Of a stretch of DNA of 64,000 bases, positions 27,025-39,754 are shown one piece after another. The notes beneath the pieces were generated by a model. The model was given only the letters and a program-made list of their open reading frames with translations. It ran no database searches and was not told the origin of the DNA. The translations under genes and the position numbers were made by a program. Source of the DNA: Paecilomyces variotii (Eukaryota); assembly GCA_004022145.1 (NCBI GenBank), contig RCNU01000007.1. The stretch is one strand, 5' to 3'. Every line of letters starts with the position of its first letter. The first letter of the stretch is position 1.

Positions 27025-28734
27025 ATGGCGCTCTTCAAGTATATTTCACTCTTTCTCGTATGCGTTGTCGAGCTGTCGCGGGCCGCATCCAACGATGAAT
27101 GGGCTCAACGATCTATCTACCAAGTCGTGGTAGACAGATTTGCGCGTTCTAGCGATTTCGACGCACCATGCAACATCACAAACTACTGTGGAGGCAACTG
27201 GGCCGGTCTGGTGGACAAGCTGGATTATATCCAGGGTATGGGCTTCACAGCGGTCCAAATCTCGCCCGTCAACAAGAACCTCAACCAGACGACCATCTAC
27301 GGACAGGCATACCATGGCTACTGGCCACAGAACCTGTATGAGCTGAACGAGCATTTTGGCTCGGAATCCGACTTCAAGAACCTAGTTTCGGAGCTGCACA
27401 AGCGTGATATGTACATCTTGGTCGATGTCGTCGCCAATGAAATGGCCTACGATATCGGTAACACAACCATGAGCACGAGCTATCCGATCGACTACTCAGT
27501 ATTCTACCCGTTTAACCAGGAGTCCGACTACATGCCATACTGCCCGATCACCAACTGGTTGAACGTGACGGAAGTGCAAGACTGCTGGCTAGGCTACGAG
27601 GGAGTCGCTACGCCGAGAATCAACACCCTGAACTCTTCGATCAACAGTCAGTTGAACAGTTGGATCAAGGAATTGGTGTCGAACTACTCTATCGATGGTA
27701 TCCGTATCGACGGTGCCAAGCAGATCAACTACGACTTTCTCCAGCCTTTCCTGAAGAGTGCCAACGTGTATGGAATGGCCGAAGTCGACGATGATATTCC
27801 ATCTTACGTCTGCAATTACCAGAAGTGGACTGGTGGGCTGGAGAACTATCCGCTTTACTTCACGATCATCAATGCTTTCACGGATGGAGACATGCCTGGT
27901 CTGGTGTCGATGATCAGCCAGATGAGATCCGCCTGCTCCGAGACTCAGTACCTGGCAACGTTTATCGAAAACCAGGACAACGAGCGATTCCCATCCTACG
28001 TGGATGATATCAATGTAAGCCCTGTTCATCTTCAGCGGTTGATATGATTTCAGAACCTAACAGCGCTCCAGCTCGCCAAGAATGCCATGGCATTCACCAT
28101 CCTCGCCGATGGAATCCCCAAGATCTACTATGGCCAGGAACAGCACCTGCCGGGAAACTACTCTCCCTACAACCGACAGGAGCTGTGGTCAACCAATTAC
28201 AACACCTCTGCTCCTCTCTACAACCTGACGGCCACGCTGAACAAGCTGCGCAACCACGCCATCAAAGTGAACAGCAACTACGTCACCAACGACAGCAGCC
28301 TCTTGTATACAGACAACTCTACCTACGCTGCTCGCAAGGGCGTCAACGGCGTGCAGATCGTCTCCGTCCTCTCCAACCAAGGCAGCAATGGAGGCGCATA
28401 CGAGCTACAGGTCCCTGGAGCGGCCGACGAGGGTACCGAGCTGACTGAAGTCTTTGGATGCAGCACCGTCACTGCCGGCAAGAATGGCACCATCACCGTG
28501 AATATGGACAAGGGAGAGCCGAGAGTCTTCTTCCCGACCTTCAACATGAACGGTTCTGGCCTGTGCGGCACCGAGGACACCACCACCCCGACCGCGTCTG
28601 GTAGTTCCACGGGGACCTCCTCGTCGTCGAGTGTGTCTGCATCCAGCACGAAGAAGAACCTGGCAGAGCACCTGAGAGTCCCAGCATGGCTGCTGCTGGG
28701 CTCTATTGGTGTCTTCTCGGTCCTGATGTTGTAA
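27025..28734 (+). CDS. GH13 alpha-amylase-family enzyme, secreted and probably GPI-anchored (Agt-like glucanotransferase)
   Basis: Signal peptide, SIYQVVVDRFA, YHGYW, DGIRIDGAKQ, MAEV, FIENQD, a Ser/Thr-rich tail and a hydrophobic C-terminus. One intron ~28014-28070. Confidence 0.9.
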
Positions 28735-29377
28735 AGCGCATCAGATAAAGCATCGAGAATGAACGGAAGAAACATACCCATACCTCGACTACCGGCCCCA
28801 TTGGGATTATTTCCTAATCTCCAATGGCCTGGCTTAATTATTAACTGTTGATATGAATATGGAGGAAGGAACCGCTTGGTTCCTGTGGGAGGGGAAAGTT
28901 GCATACATTTTCACTTCATGTCAACTAATTTAACATCGGGAAATAATTTATCGACTCATAATATACGGGTTCTTATTCTATCTTATCCACATATACCAAT
29001 GAACCTATCCATCAGCATACGAGAATTATGGATTTATTTTTGGCGATCGTTTCGAAATGCGTCTTATTCTATACACGGGCCGGCGGAGGCACTCCCTTTC
29101 TCGAACATCTCGTCTAGTAATATATTATCTATTGCCTACCTATAATCCCGGCCTCGGTAACAATATATGCCAAGAAATAGAATTAACTCCTCCGTAGCAT
29201 CACAGCCTCCCCGCAATCTCCATTCCAGGCAACAGCAATTCGACATGCCGCTAAATATCAGATCAGACCAGACCAACCATCTACGCTGAATAAGAAAGCC
29301 CATAAATCGCACTGCCTTGATTCGGTCCGAGAGTATCGTCTGAGGCCGGGAGTGGATGTTCCGGCAGATCGATGGCG

Positions 29378-29395
29378 CGGGAGGTTCAATATCCG
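29378..29395. promoter_or_regulatory. CGG-N12-CCG element (AtrR-type Zn2Cys6 site) upstream of CYP51
   Basis: CGG gaggttcaatat CCG lies ~225 bp upstream of the CYP51 ATG. The motif is short and could be a chance match. Confidence 0.35.
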
Positions 29396-29620
29396 ATAGA
29401 TAGATTGACGGGAGAAACCAAGAAGTGACCCTGAGCCGCATTCAGATGGTTCGGGGCTTTCTGGGCTTTTGGGTGGTCCATTTCTTTTGAAAGATTTGCA
29501 GATCGGTCGTTTATTTGTAAATATGGCTGTCGTCGTCCGTCTTTTACCTAAAGCTCCTTGCTTTTTCTTTGTAGTGTCGCTGGAGAGAGCTCGGGAGGTT
29601 TGCTCTTCAATTTAGTCGAG

Positions 29621-31371
29621 ATGGCCATCGCAATATTCAATACCCCGACGCTGGCGGTAGCATCTCCAATGACACTGATAGGCGTCACTGCAGTATGCCT
29701 CGTCGCTGCAATCCTCATTAATATCCTGAAGCAGCTGCTCTGGAAAGATCCTCATAAGCCTCCGGTGGTTTTCCACTGGTTTCCCATTCTGGGAAATACC
29801 ATCTCCTACGGGATGGACCCATTCAAGTTTTTCTTTGATTGCAAAGAAAAGGTAAGCTGCTTGCCAATTGATCTTGAATGCTAGCTGATGAGGATTCTGG
29901 CTAGTACGGAGACGTATTCACCTTCATCTTGCTCGGAAAGCCAACGACGGTCTGTCTGGGTGCTAATGGAAACAACTTCGTCCTGAATGGCAAGCTCAGC
30001 GATCTCTCAGCGGAGGAGATCTATTCGCCTCTTACGACTCCCGTGTTTGGAAAGGACGTCGTGTTCGATTGTCCAAACTCGAAGCTGATGCAGCAGAAGA
30101 AGGTGAGTTCATACATTGTAAGACAACACTGTTGTGTATGTGTTATTATTGACGAACGAGAGCAGTTTGTCAAATTTGGTCTCACAACAGAAGCACTACG
30201 GTCTCATGTCAAGTTAATCAGCTTGGAGGTTGAGAATTTCATTTCGACCTCAGCTGAACTCCAAGGAGAAACTGGCACACTCAACGTTCCTCTGGCTATG
30301 GCTGAACTCACCCTGTATACGGCCGCTCGTTCGCTCCAAGGCAAGGAAATTCGATCCAAACTCGACTCGACATTCGCAGACCTCTTCCATGATCTGGATA
30401 TGGGATTTGTGCCGATCAACTTCATGCTCCCCTGGGCACCTCTGCCGCATAACCGAGCGCGAGATCGAGCCCAGCGAAAGATGACTGAGGTCTACATGGA
30501 GATCATCCAAGAACGCCGCAGGAACGGACACAAAAAGGACTCTGAAGACATGATCTGGAATCTGATGTCGTGTGAATATAAAGACGGCACACCGCTGCCG
30601 GATAAAGAGATTGCTCATATGATGATTGCGCTATTGATGGGAGGACACCATTCATCATCATCCACCATCTCATTCATCCTGTTGAGAATCGCTTCGGAAC
30701 CAGATATCCTTGAGGAACTGTACCGGGAGCAGCAGCAAGTCTTCGGGCCCGAACTCGGAGAACTGACGTACGAAGGACTGCTGGAATTGAAACTGCATCG
30801 TCACACAGTCCGAGAGACCTTGCGACTACACAATCCTATTCATTCAATTTTGCGCAAGGTCAAAAATCCGCTCATCCTTGACGGAACTTCCTATGTCATC
30901 CCTCCGTCCCACACTGTCCTCGCGACACCGGCCACTTCAGCCCGCGATCCGCAGTACTTCCCGAACCCGATGAAATGGGACCCTCACCGATGGGAGACGA
31001 GAAACGCACATGAAGACGAGGAAGAAGACCCAGAAGATCCAGTGAATGGTGCCTCGTGGAGTAAGGGTTCAGGAAGTCCGTACCTGCCGTTCGGAGCTGG
31101 GCGACACCGTTGCATCGGCGAACAGTTTGCGTACCTGCAGATGGGCGTTATTCTGGCAATTCTCGTGCGAAACTTCAAACTACGCAATATAGATGGCGTC
31201 AAGGGAGTTCCCAAGACAGACTTTTCGGTAAGATAAACACACCCTCGAGCCGTATCCAACATGCTCCCTTCCAAGGTACGCGCCAGCTAACAATTACTTC
31301 AGTCACTATTCTCTCGCCCATTGGCACCCGCAAAGATCGCCTGGGAGAAGCGAACAGGCGTAAAGGTATAA
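29621..31371 (+). CDS. cyp51: Sterol 14-alpha-demethylase family P450 (divergent CYP51 paralog)
   Basis: [43 protein letters not shown] and the heme motif [10 protein letters not shown]. Three introns; last exon 31303-31371. Confidence 0.92.
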
Positions 31372-31556
31372 GTATAGGTAACTAGAGACAAAACAAAGAT
31401 AGTCATCAACTCATAATGCATAATACTAGAGTCCAGCAACCCATCCTCCATAATTAATTAATCACCGTAGTCTAGTAGTAGTTAGTCCATGAATCAAAAT
31501 ACAATACAATCATGCATCAGCTTCATAATTCCCTCTCTCGAGGCAAAGGAACAACT

Positions 31557-31646
31557 GCTCGAATAGCTCAGTTGGTAGAGCGCTTGACTAGTACCAACCT
31601 AGTTCTATATATCAAGAGGTCTGGAGTTCGAATCTCCATTTGAGCA
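31557..31646 (+). tRNA. tRNA-Thr (AGU) with 17-nt intron
   Basis: GCTCGAA acceptor stem, TAGCTCAGTTGGTAGAGC A-box, CTTGA-CT-AGT-A[intron 31594-31610]A-TCAAG anticodon arm, GTTCGAAT T-loop and downstream poly-T. Confidence 0.92.
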
Positions 31647-32558
31647 TAGCAAGTTTCTTTTTTTGCCCTGGAATTATTTTTTGACGCCCTGTGGGAATGT
31701 GGGACGCATATCTTTTTTTATCCCTAGTTGCGGATCCCCACCCGCGGTAAAGGTATGTGTCACGTGAACATATAGATCTATGTATGGTATGGTCTTTTTT
31801 AGCGAAAGCGTTAAGTTAAGATGTGAGATTAGTAGTTGAGGGTTTACAGTAAGATGAATGGTTGTTCTTCAATAGTATTTAGATTTTTATTCTGCAGATT
31901 TTTTTTTTAGTTGCATATATAAAAATAGCCATGTACATACCAGAGACGAACTCAATGCGCGAATTGGCAAACTCGTTAAGTCTCGTCTCTTTATGAGAAA
32001 AGACTACCAGTATTATCAACAAATGCTTCAACATAGATATGCTGTATGCATTCCACTGGACGTTTATAAGTCCGTGATACTTTTCATCTTGCGTCGTGAA
32101 AATGCTTAATGTATACTCCCTCGTGAGACGGGAGTTATGAACATCTCTTATAAAACGCTGTTCTGTTAACTAAATCATGAATTTAGACCATATATCCGAA
32201 GATGCAATCTGGGTCTGACACGTAAACAGTGCGCTGGACAAACTCGAATGAGAAGACGCTTGTAGTTATCTGTCGTGCAGGCTAATCTGCGTTTTATGTT
32301 GTTGTTGTTTTTTTTGCGGTTAACGTATCCCTATATCGCCATTAGTTACCTACTGGATAAGTAGACGGGGTCTTATAATAGAATTGAGGATGAAGATCGC
32401 ATATAAAGATGAAACTATAGATTTCAACCACAGTATATCCAAGGCTGGGTCTTTATATAAGCTCCGGTAATTGGTTGATATAGATATACTTCGGTTGTCT
32501 TTCAGTGTTTCTTTGTATCGCATGGATGAGTCCTGCTCTAGCTACTATTCCTATTTAG

Positions 32559-32589
<31 letters not shown>
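32559..32589. repeat. Poly(A) tract, 31 nt
   Basis: Read directly. Confidence 0.9.
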
Positions 32590-32590
<1 letters not shown>

Positions 32591-33625
32591 GGGTGCGAAA
32601 GCAGATGAAAATGCGGGGAAAGACTAAGGTACATACATACTTAAAAGCGGGGAAGGCGAGTTTCGAATATCTACCGCGTCGCAGGCGTTGTAATTCATCT
32701 AAGTAGTGTTGTGTTTCTACTACAGTGTTTCTGGGAGAGACTTGACGTCGCCAGAAACAGCTATCGCGAGCTTCATAAAGCCCAGTATACCATAGAGCCG
32801 ATTTACTTGAAATCCTGCGAATTTGTGCAGCACTGCTCAGGATCCTGGGATAGATTCTGCAGATAGGTATCGGAAGATACTTATTAGTGCGCCTAAGTTG
32901 TGAATGCGAATCACTGGTCCTCGAAGAGACATCGTACAGTAGGTACTACACCATTTACTGTTCCATGTGGACCCTGTCTACTTAATTGTCGTCCTTGTCA
33001 ATGTTCACTCATATCCCTGGGAATCTTGGTTAGCGCAATGTCGATATCTCTGCGACGGATCATTTTTGTCTTTGGAAATTTCGTGTGGTGATTTAATATA
33101 CCCGCTCGATTGCCATCTCGTCATCCTATCATCTCGCCGGTAGTTAGAATTCGGGGGCTAGTCCGATCCATTCCCGTCAGGTCTTCGTGAGAGTCAAATT
33201 TGAACCCTCGTTTGGGGATGGAGATAGTTCCTGTGGTGCTCAGGTCGATTCTGTCCTGCGAGACATGAGAAGCTCTTGCTGTGAGGGAAACGTCAAATCC
33301 TACGACAGCAGCCGAAAGGACGAATTCATTAAAATAAAAAAAGGCGATACAGAGCTGCAGCAGAGAAATTTGAGCAATATAACACGACCAGAAGGAAATG
33401 AAACGACAAGGAAACCACTTTCGAGCAGAGTGATGGGGCGCGCAATCTTATCGCATCTCCGCTGACAGAGAGACGACGGTGGTCCGGACAACCGCCCGAG
33501 TCGGCAACTGGATAGCGGCGGAATCGGCTACTTACCTTACTTAACGACACGCGACCACCACCACTGTCGTGCTTCTCTTCCCTTCAGCAGACATTTCGTG
33601 TCCCTTTCCCACAGAGACGCGCATC

Positions 33626-34382
33626 ATGGGCATCCTAAGCAAATTCGTCAAGCTGACCACGGTCGGGAGCGTCGCCGGCGTCGGCGTCTACCTGGGTATG
33701 ACGCGCAAAATCGAGGAGGTACCGCTATCGACGTCCGACTATCTCTTCAATTCGGTGCATTTCCGCACGTTCAATCCTCTCCAGAACCCGACAACACACG
33801 ACCTGTTCGTTCGGAAAGTCCCGCTGTCTGAGATTGACCCCGCGCTGCTCGAAAATAAGGGGAAGCTGGTTGAGAGATTCTGCGCGGGCGTGTGGGGAGG
33901 CCTGGGTGAGTCGCTCGGAGGGAGCTCTTGCTTGCTGGTAACAATGACCAATTGGGACTGACGCGAAGCGCAAATGTGCTTCAATAGGATATGCCTTCCA
34001 GCGTGCATACCTCGCTCGCAAGTATCAAGGACCCCAGACGGCGAACCAGCTGTGGTCGCGACAGGAGTTGAAAACCGCCACATACGAGCCGGGCACCCAG
34101 ATCACGGACCACTTCGAGGTGATCGAGAAGACTCCTGAGAGAATCGTCGTGCGATGCGGAGACTCGCCCTTGAAGCGCGACGTGCGGGAGTCGGACGGGT
34201 TGTTTGAGATGTCGGCCGTCGTCAAGCCGGAGGAGGGAGTTGCTGAGTTCGGACTGAAGAGCGTTTTCTATCAGGGTCTAGGCAAGGCAGAGAGCGAACC
34301 CATGCCACCGAACATCGCCTGGCTGCACAAGCTCTACACCAAGGTGCTATTAGAGACAGCCATCCATCTCACGACGCGGTAG
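33626..34382 (+). CDS. Conserved fungal hypothetical protein (2 exons)
   Basis: The ORFs at 33626 and 33989-34382 join in frame across a GTGAGT..CTGAC..TAG intron (FCAGVWGGLG|YAFQR...ITDHFEV...RCGDSP). Coding-like codon usage. Confidence 0.8.
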
Positions 34383-34884
34383 ACGGGGCTGGCCCCTCGG
34401 GGGAGGGACGTCGCTGTTGTAATCGTCGAGCAGGAGGAGGGTGCTAGGAATAGATCCACGATCTCTATCTGCTATCTAGATATTTCGAATGTATAACCTG
34501 TATGGTGGACAAAGACGCTCCGGGCGTGGCAGCATGTACAGAGGACACAGCTTCAGATCAGTGTTCAGAGACGGAACGATTGTTGCTACGAGTACAATGC
34601 ATAGATCATCTCATAGGGACTGCTATCGCCATCATGACGCGCTGGTCAAGCCGCTCGTATGTCATTTCCGCTTCATCGCCGGTGGAAAGCGGCCAGGCCA
34701 TCTTTTTACTTTGAAGCCAGTAGAAGTAGACCGCACCCCAAAGAGCCGCCGAGACAATCATAGCCGATAATCGAACTCTATGATCCTGGCCAAGGAAAAA
34801 GAAAATCCTCTCTTATCTCCTTCCTCGAGGGGCGGCAAAAAGAAAGTTCCAAGAACCAAAAGCCAAAACAAAAAAAGAAACACA

Positions 34885-34974
34885 TGCTCAAATGGAGATT
34901 CGAACTCCAGACCTCTTGATATATAGAACTAGGTTGGTACTAGTCAAGCGCTCTACCAACTGAGCTATTCGAGC
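34885..34974 (-). tRNA. tRNA-Thr (AGU) with 17-nt intron
   Basis: Exact reverse complement of 31557-31646, intron included. Confidence 0.92.
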
Positions 34975-35187
34975 TGTGATTGGTTGTCAGGGCACATAAT
35001 CGACTAATCTCACTTCTCAGTATATATAATCGCAAATTTAAAAAAAAAAAAATATCCCAAAAAGGTGAAGGGTTCGATCAATCAAGTTGGCATATCTATA
35101 TTCATTTCTTGAATCTTAAATATTATGCAAAATGTGCAAGTGGATCAAGGATGGATGAAAAAAAAAATCAAAAAGATTGGACAGTTA

Positions 35188-35286
35188 TGCTCAAATGGAG
35201 ATTCGAACTCCAGACCTCTTGATAAGCGATTAGTCGCGAAACTAGCTAGTACTAGTCAAGCGCTCTACCAACTGAGCTATTCGAGC
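35188..35286 (-). tRNA. tRNA-Thr (AGU) with 26-nt intron
   Basis: Same exons as the other two copies, different intron (ctagctagtttcgcgactaatcgctt). Confidence 0.92.
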
Positions 35287-37884
35287 TATGTCCTGTAAGG
35301 TGCTTCAAATTTGTGCTTGATGTGGAAAACTTTGCGGTTCATGGTGGTTCCTTATGTTATGGCGCTTTGGACTATGCTCGTATACTGCACATTTATTGGA
35401 TTTAGTATAGTGAATAGGGTGATTCTTTAGTTGGTGTAAATTAAAGTTAATTCTAGCTTGTGGGTGATTGTTTAGTAGTTTTATCCTTGTTGGTTACGGT
35501 GTAATAATCGGTCAGGATGTTTCATGCTCTTCCCGAGAAAATATATAATGTTGCATCTCCGTCCTGCTTCCATGATAACTTCGGAAATCCCAACCTTTCC
35601 CACTCCAACACCACCTGGAAGCCCGGCAGGGAGACACGCTTACACGAAAAGACACTCAGATACAGACCAGATGCCAAGGTGTCAGCGCTCACGGCATCTG
35701 CGGAGGCGAGCTGCGAACTGCTTCTACTACCCTATACAATCCAGGTAGAGCAAATAACGGGAAGCAACCTATATCAATCAATATAGGATCGAAGCAGACA
35801 CGCTGGAAGCATGGAACCCTCAAGAGAGTGTTCCAGCTTAGCTCCTGGCAGCAGAAATCCAGGATAGAGTCTGTGGGCATAAATAGCAGATAGATTTCGG
35901 CACCCTCTAGTTCCCCAAGCAATCAAGTTTTGACTCTCTTAGATTCCCACACAAAGTGCGTCTATACGGTTAGTACACCGGATGGGTGCATCAGTCAGAT
36001 TGATACTACTGTGCAAACTAACCGAATATACTGACGGCACCGGAAAGGCACACGACAGCAAGACTGGATTGCCAACTTCAAATACCCAAGAAAGGGGTAA
36101 TACCTGTGCGTCGTCTATCGTTCACTAATCCTGTACATAAAATCCAGGGTCAGTTGACGCAGCTGTTCTCCGTTTCCCCGCAGAAAGCATGGGGTAGTTA
36201 TTTTCTGACGACCCCCGCATTCCGCTGCCCCCAGACGTCGAGGACGCATCCAAGGGAACGGAATACGCGAATACGGGCCAGGAAAACGAATTCCACCTAG
36301 CATACAGACAGACAGATCAACAGAGATGGTCACTGTCTCCCAGGTGCATTTATTTGGGCGAATGACAAGACATTATTCTCAGATCTGCTGACGAGAGCGG
36401 TACTCATCCCAATTGATGTCCTGAGCCGTACGGAGCCAGTAGGTGCCGGGTCTCTGCATAGAGATAGATACACATCATATCTACTCTGGTCCCATGCAGA
36501 GTATCCTGGAGTCCAGGACAGACCCGTTTGGCAGCTAGCCATGGACACAGGAACGGATGGCTTACGGGTATAGTGGTCTGACTGACTGCTCATCAAAGGT
36601 GATTGTTCCTTTTCAGTCAACTTGCGGTCCGCAGGATTATGGATACGAGACCCCGCGTGGACGACGACCCCTGGAAGCTGTCTGCAATGTTCGGTTCGGG
36701 AGGGCTTATCCGGCCAGCTCCTGATCGGCCGCATAGCGTGCTGGTCCAGCCGATTGATCATAGTAGATAGTGGACCCATGCCACGCGAGCGTGAATCTAA
36801 GCCTGGCCGGGATGTCACATGTCTCAGGACGAGCTATTTTCGGGTGAGCCATATATCGAACTATTCGGGTTCTCCAGCGAACAGCTGATCACGAGGACAC
36901 CGGTCCGCTCGAATTGTGATAGCTCCAGCTTCTGAGACGGTGTCTGCGCGGTCTAGCATCCATGGAATCCATGAACCGCGACTCGGAAACTAACCCCTGA
37001 AAGGAGGCGGAGGAAGTCCGATTCGAAAAGGAGTGGTAATTATTTCTGATGCTGTCCTGTCGCGTTGTGCGGAAGCGGGAAGCAGCCAGCTGCGGGGAGG
37101 AACGATGGGCGAGACCAAGTTGGAGAACGTGGAGACGGTCGGGCTAGCACGGGGGCCAATAAGAGCAGTGGACAGCTTTGCATAAGCAGAATGCGTGGTT
37201 GGTGCGATTGTCATGACTCTTGACCCTGCGTGGTTGGAGCGTGTGGAGAGAACCCGCCGTTCCCCGATCTGTTGGAGGGGAGGACAGGAACAAAGAATTA
37301 TTCAGAGATCGATGTCCTACAGTGTCGAATAATAATAATAATGGTCGAAGAAATACGGTAGAAATTCCTGGCAGGTTGTCTTCTTCGACCATGTATTATT
37401 ATTATCATGGATGTATCATGTACTCCCTGGTTGCAACTGCGATGTGAAACGCAGAATGTGCAGCGCACATGTAAGGGCCATGGCGTCACCTGCGGAGGGA
37501 CTCGGAGGTGACTGCGCATCTCGAGCAGTTCTGGACCGAGGCTGGTTGGTAAGAGATGCAGCTGATGGGCATGGCGTAGCTAGATAAGTTAATTATTCAT
37601 TAATTATTAGAGTGCGGTTCCCAGCGTAGCTTTTTTTTCTTTTGGATTTTGGATTTCGATTGTTTTGTCCCTCTCAGTGGTAGCTACCTAAAGTACTTCC
37701 CTAGCACAAAACGGAACCGCATTCCTGACTTCTCCCCCCCGCAACGCTCACGGATACGGATTGAATCATCGCACCTGCATAGTCTAATAATAATTCCTGA
37801 CTCTTTGTGTGTTCTGATTGCTGCCGCCGGTGAACGCAACGAGTAACTCACCGACTCCAACCCGGGGAACTTGGCTTTGCAACC

Positions 37885-39754
37885 ATGACTCCACCTCCGC
37901 CTCGACCCCAAGCTCAGTCCCTGCAGGCGATGCAGCAGTCCTCTTTATCTACACCCGCGCGCCAGTCCTCCCCGTCCTCCACACGCCCCTCCACAACTGC
38001 TCGAGATCGTCTATCCCAGGTCTCATCCCACATCATGGGTTCAACTAGTCCCTCCGTCTTCACGGCGGCCCTTGTGCCCAAGGCCCCAGAGGATCCTCTG
38101 TTCGGTTTGATGAGAGCGTATCGCCAGGACACGTCGGACAAGAAGGTCGACTTGGGCATCGGTGCCTACCGTGACAACAATGCGAAGCCATGGGTTCTTC
38201 CAGTCGTGAAGCAGGTATGTTGATATTTGCAACAGATATCGTCCCTTTCCTTTCCTTTCCTTTTCTTTCTTTCTTTCTTGGGAATCGTATCTGACGTAAC
38301 GCAGGCGGATGCGATACTGCATCACGATCCCAACCTCAACCACGAATACCTTCCCATCACTGGTCTTCCTGAATACACATCTGCCGCCCAGAGACTGATC
38401 TTTGGAGCTGACAGTCCCGCTATCCGTGAGAAGCGTGTACGTGATTCAGAAGTGCCCGTTCCTAGCTCTACTCCATGCAGGTTGCGAGATGGTTATCCAC
38501 TCATCCAGCTGCCCGCACCTGCAGCGTCAGTTATGCATCTGGCCATGTAACTGACAATAGTACTCTTGCTAGGTCACCACCGTGCAGACGATTTCTGGCA
38601 CCGGTGCTGTGCACCTGGGCGGCCTCTTCTTGTCGAGATTCCACCCCATCCAGCCTGCTCCCACCGTCTACGTCTCCAATCCAACTTGGGCCAACCACAA
38701 CCAGATCTTCTCCAACATCGGCCTGCCCGTGGCCACCTACCCGTACTTCTCCGCAAAGACCAAGGGTCTGGACCTCGATGGCATGATCTCGACGCTGCGC
38801 GAGGCCGCACCAGGCTCTATCGTCGTCCTCCACGCCTGCGCCCACAACCCGACCGGTGTCGACCCGACCCAGGAGCAGTGGAAACTGATTGCTGCTGTGA
38901 TCCGTGAGAGACATCACTTCCCCTTCTTTGACACTGCCTACCAGGGCTTCGCTTCGGGTGACCTTGCGCGGGACGCATGGTCCATCCGCTACTTCACGGA
39001 GCTGGGCCTGGAACTCTGCGTCGCGCAGTCCTTTGCGAAGAACTTTGGTCTGTACGGAGAGCGCACAGGAGCTTTCCACTTCGTCTCTGGAGCCGGCCCT
39101 GATGCCGAAAACGCCAACCAGCACATCGCCAGCCAGCTGGCAATCCTCCAGCGCTCAGAGATCTCTAACCCGCCCGCCTACGGAGCCCGTATTGCCAGCG
39201 TTGTGCTCAACGACCCCAAGCTCTTCACCCAGTGGGAGGAGGACCTCCGCACAATGAGTGGTCGCATCATCGAGATGCGCAAGGGACTCCGTTCCCGCTT
39301 GGAGGCCAAGGGCACGCCTGGCACCTGGGACCACATCACCAGCCAGATCGGAATGTTCAGCTTTACGGGCCTGAACCCGAATCAGGTGCAGGTTCTGCGA
39401 GAGAAATGGCATATCTACATGGTAAGTTTTCTTTTGTCGTCGATCTTGTCGTACATGGCGCTACTGCACGATGCCTTGACCGCCCTGCCTTTTCCCTTTT
39501 CATGTTGGCGTCCCCACCCCCGGAGCTTTTCCCTTCTCTTCCGCACTTCGGATTCTCAGCGGCACGCCGCCAAGATTCCAGACCTTCGTCCTTCCAAGAA
39601 CCCCCAACACATGCGATAGTTTCGACAGAATGGCTTTGCTGACGAACCCATTTAACAGACCAAGAATGGACGCATCTCAATGGCTGGACTCAACACCCAC
39701 AACATCGACTACGTCGCTGAAGCGGTGGATAGTGTGGTGCGCAAGACGGCATAG
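37885..39754 (+). CDS. AAT2: Aspartate aminotransferase, cytosolic/peroxisomal type
   Basis: KVDLGIGAYRD, QTISGTGA, HACAHNPTGVD, FDTAYQGFASG, PLP lysine motif SFAKNFGLYGER and last exon TKNGRISMAG. Three introns. Alternative ATG at 38035. Confidence 0.95.

Noticed and set aside
35500..37500. Several 60-160 aa ORFs between the tRNAs and AAT2
   Set aside because: Overlapping on both strands, with no coding bias or motifs; probably intergenic.
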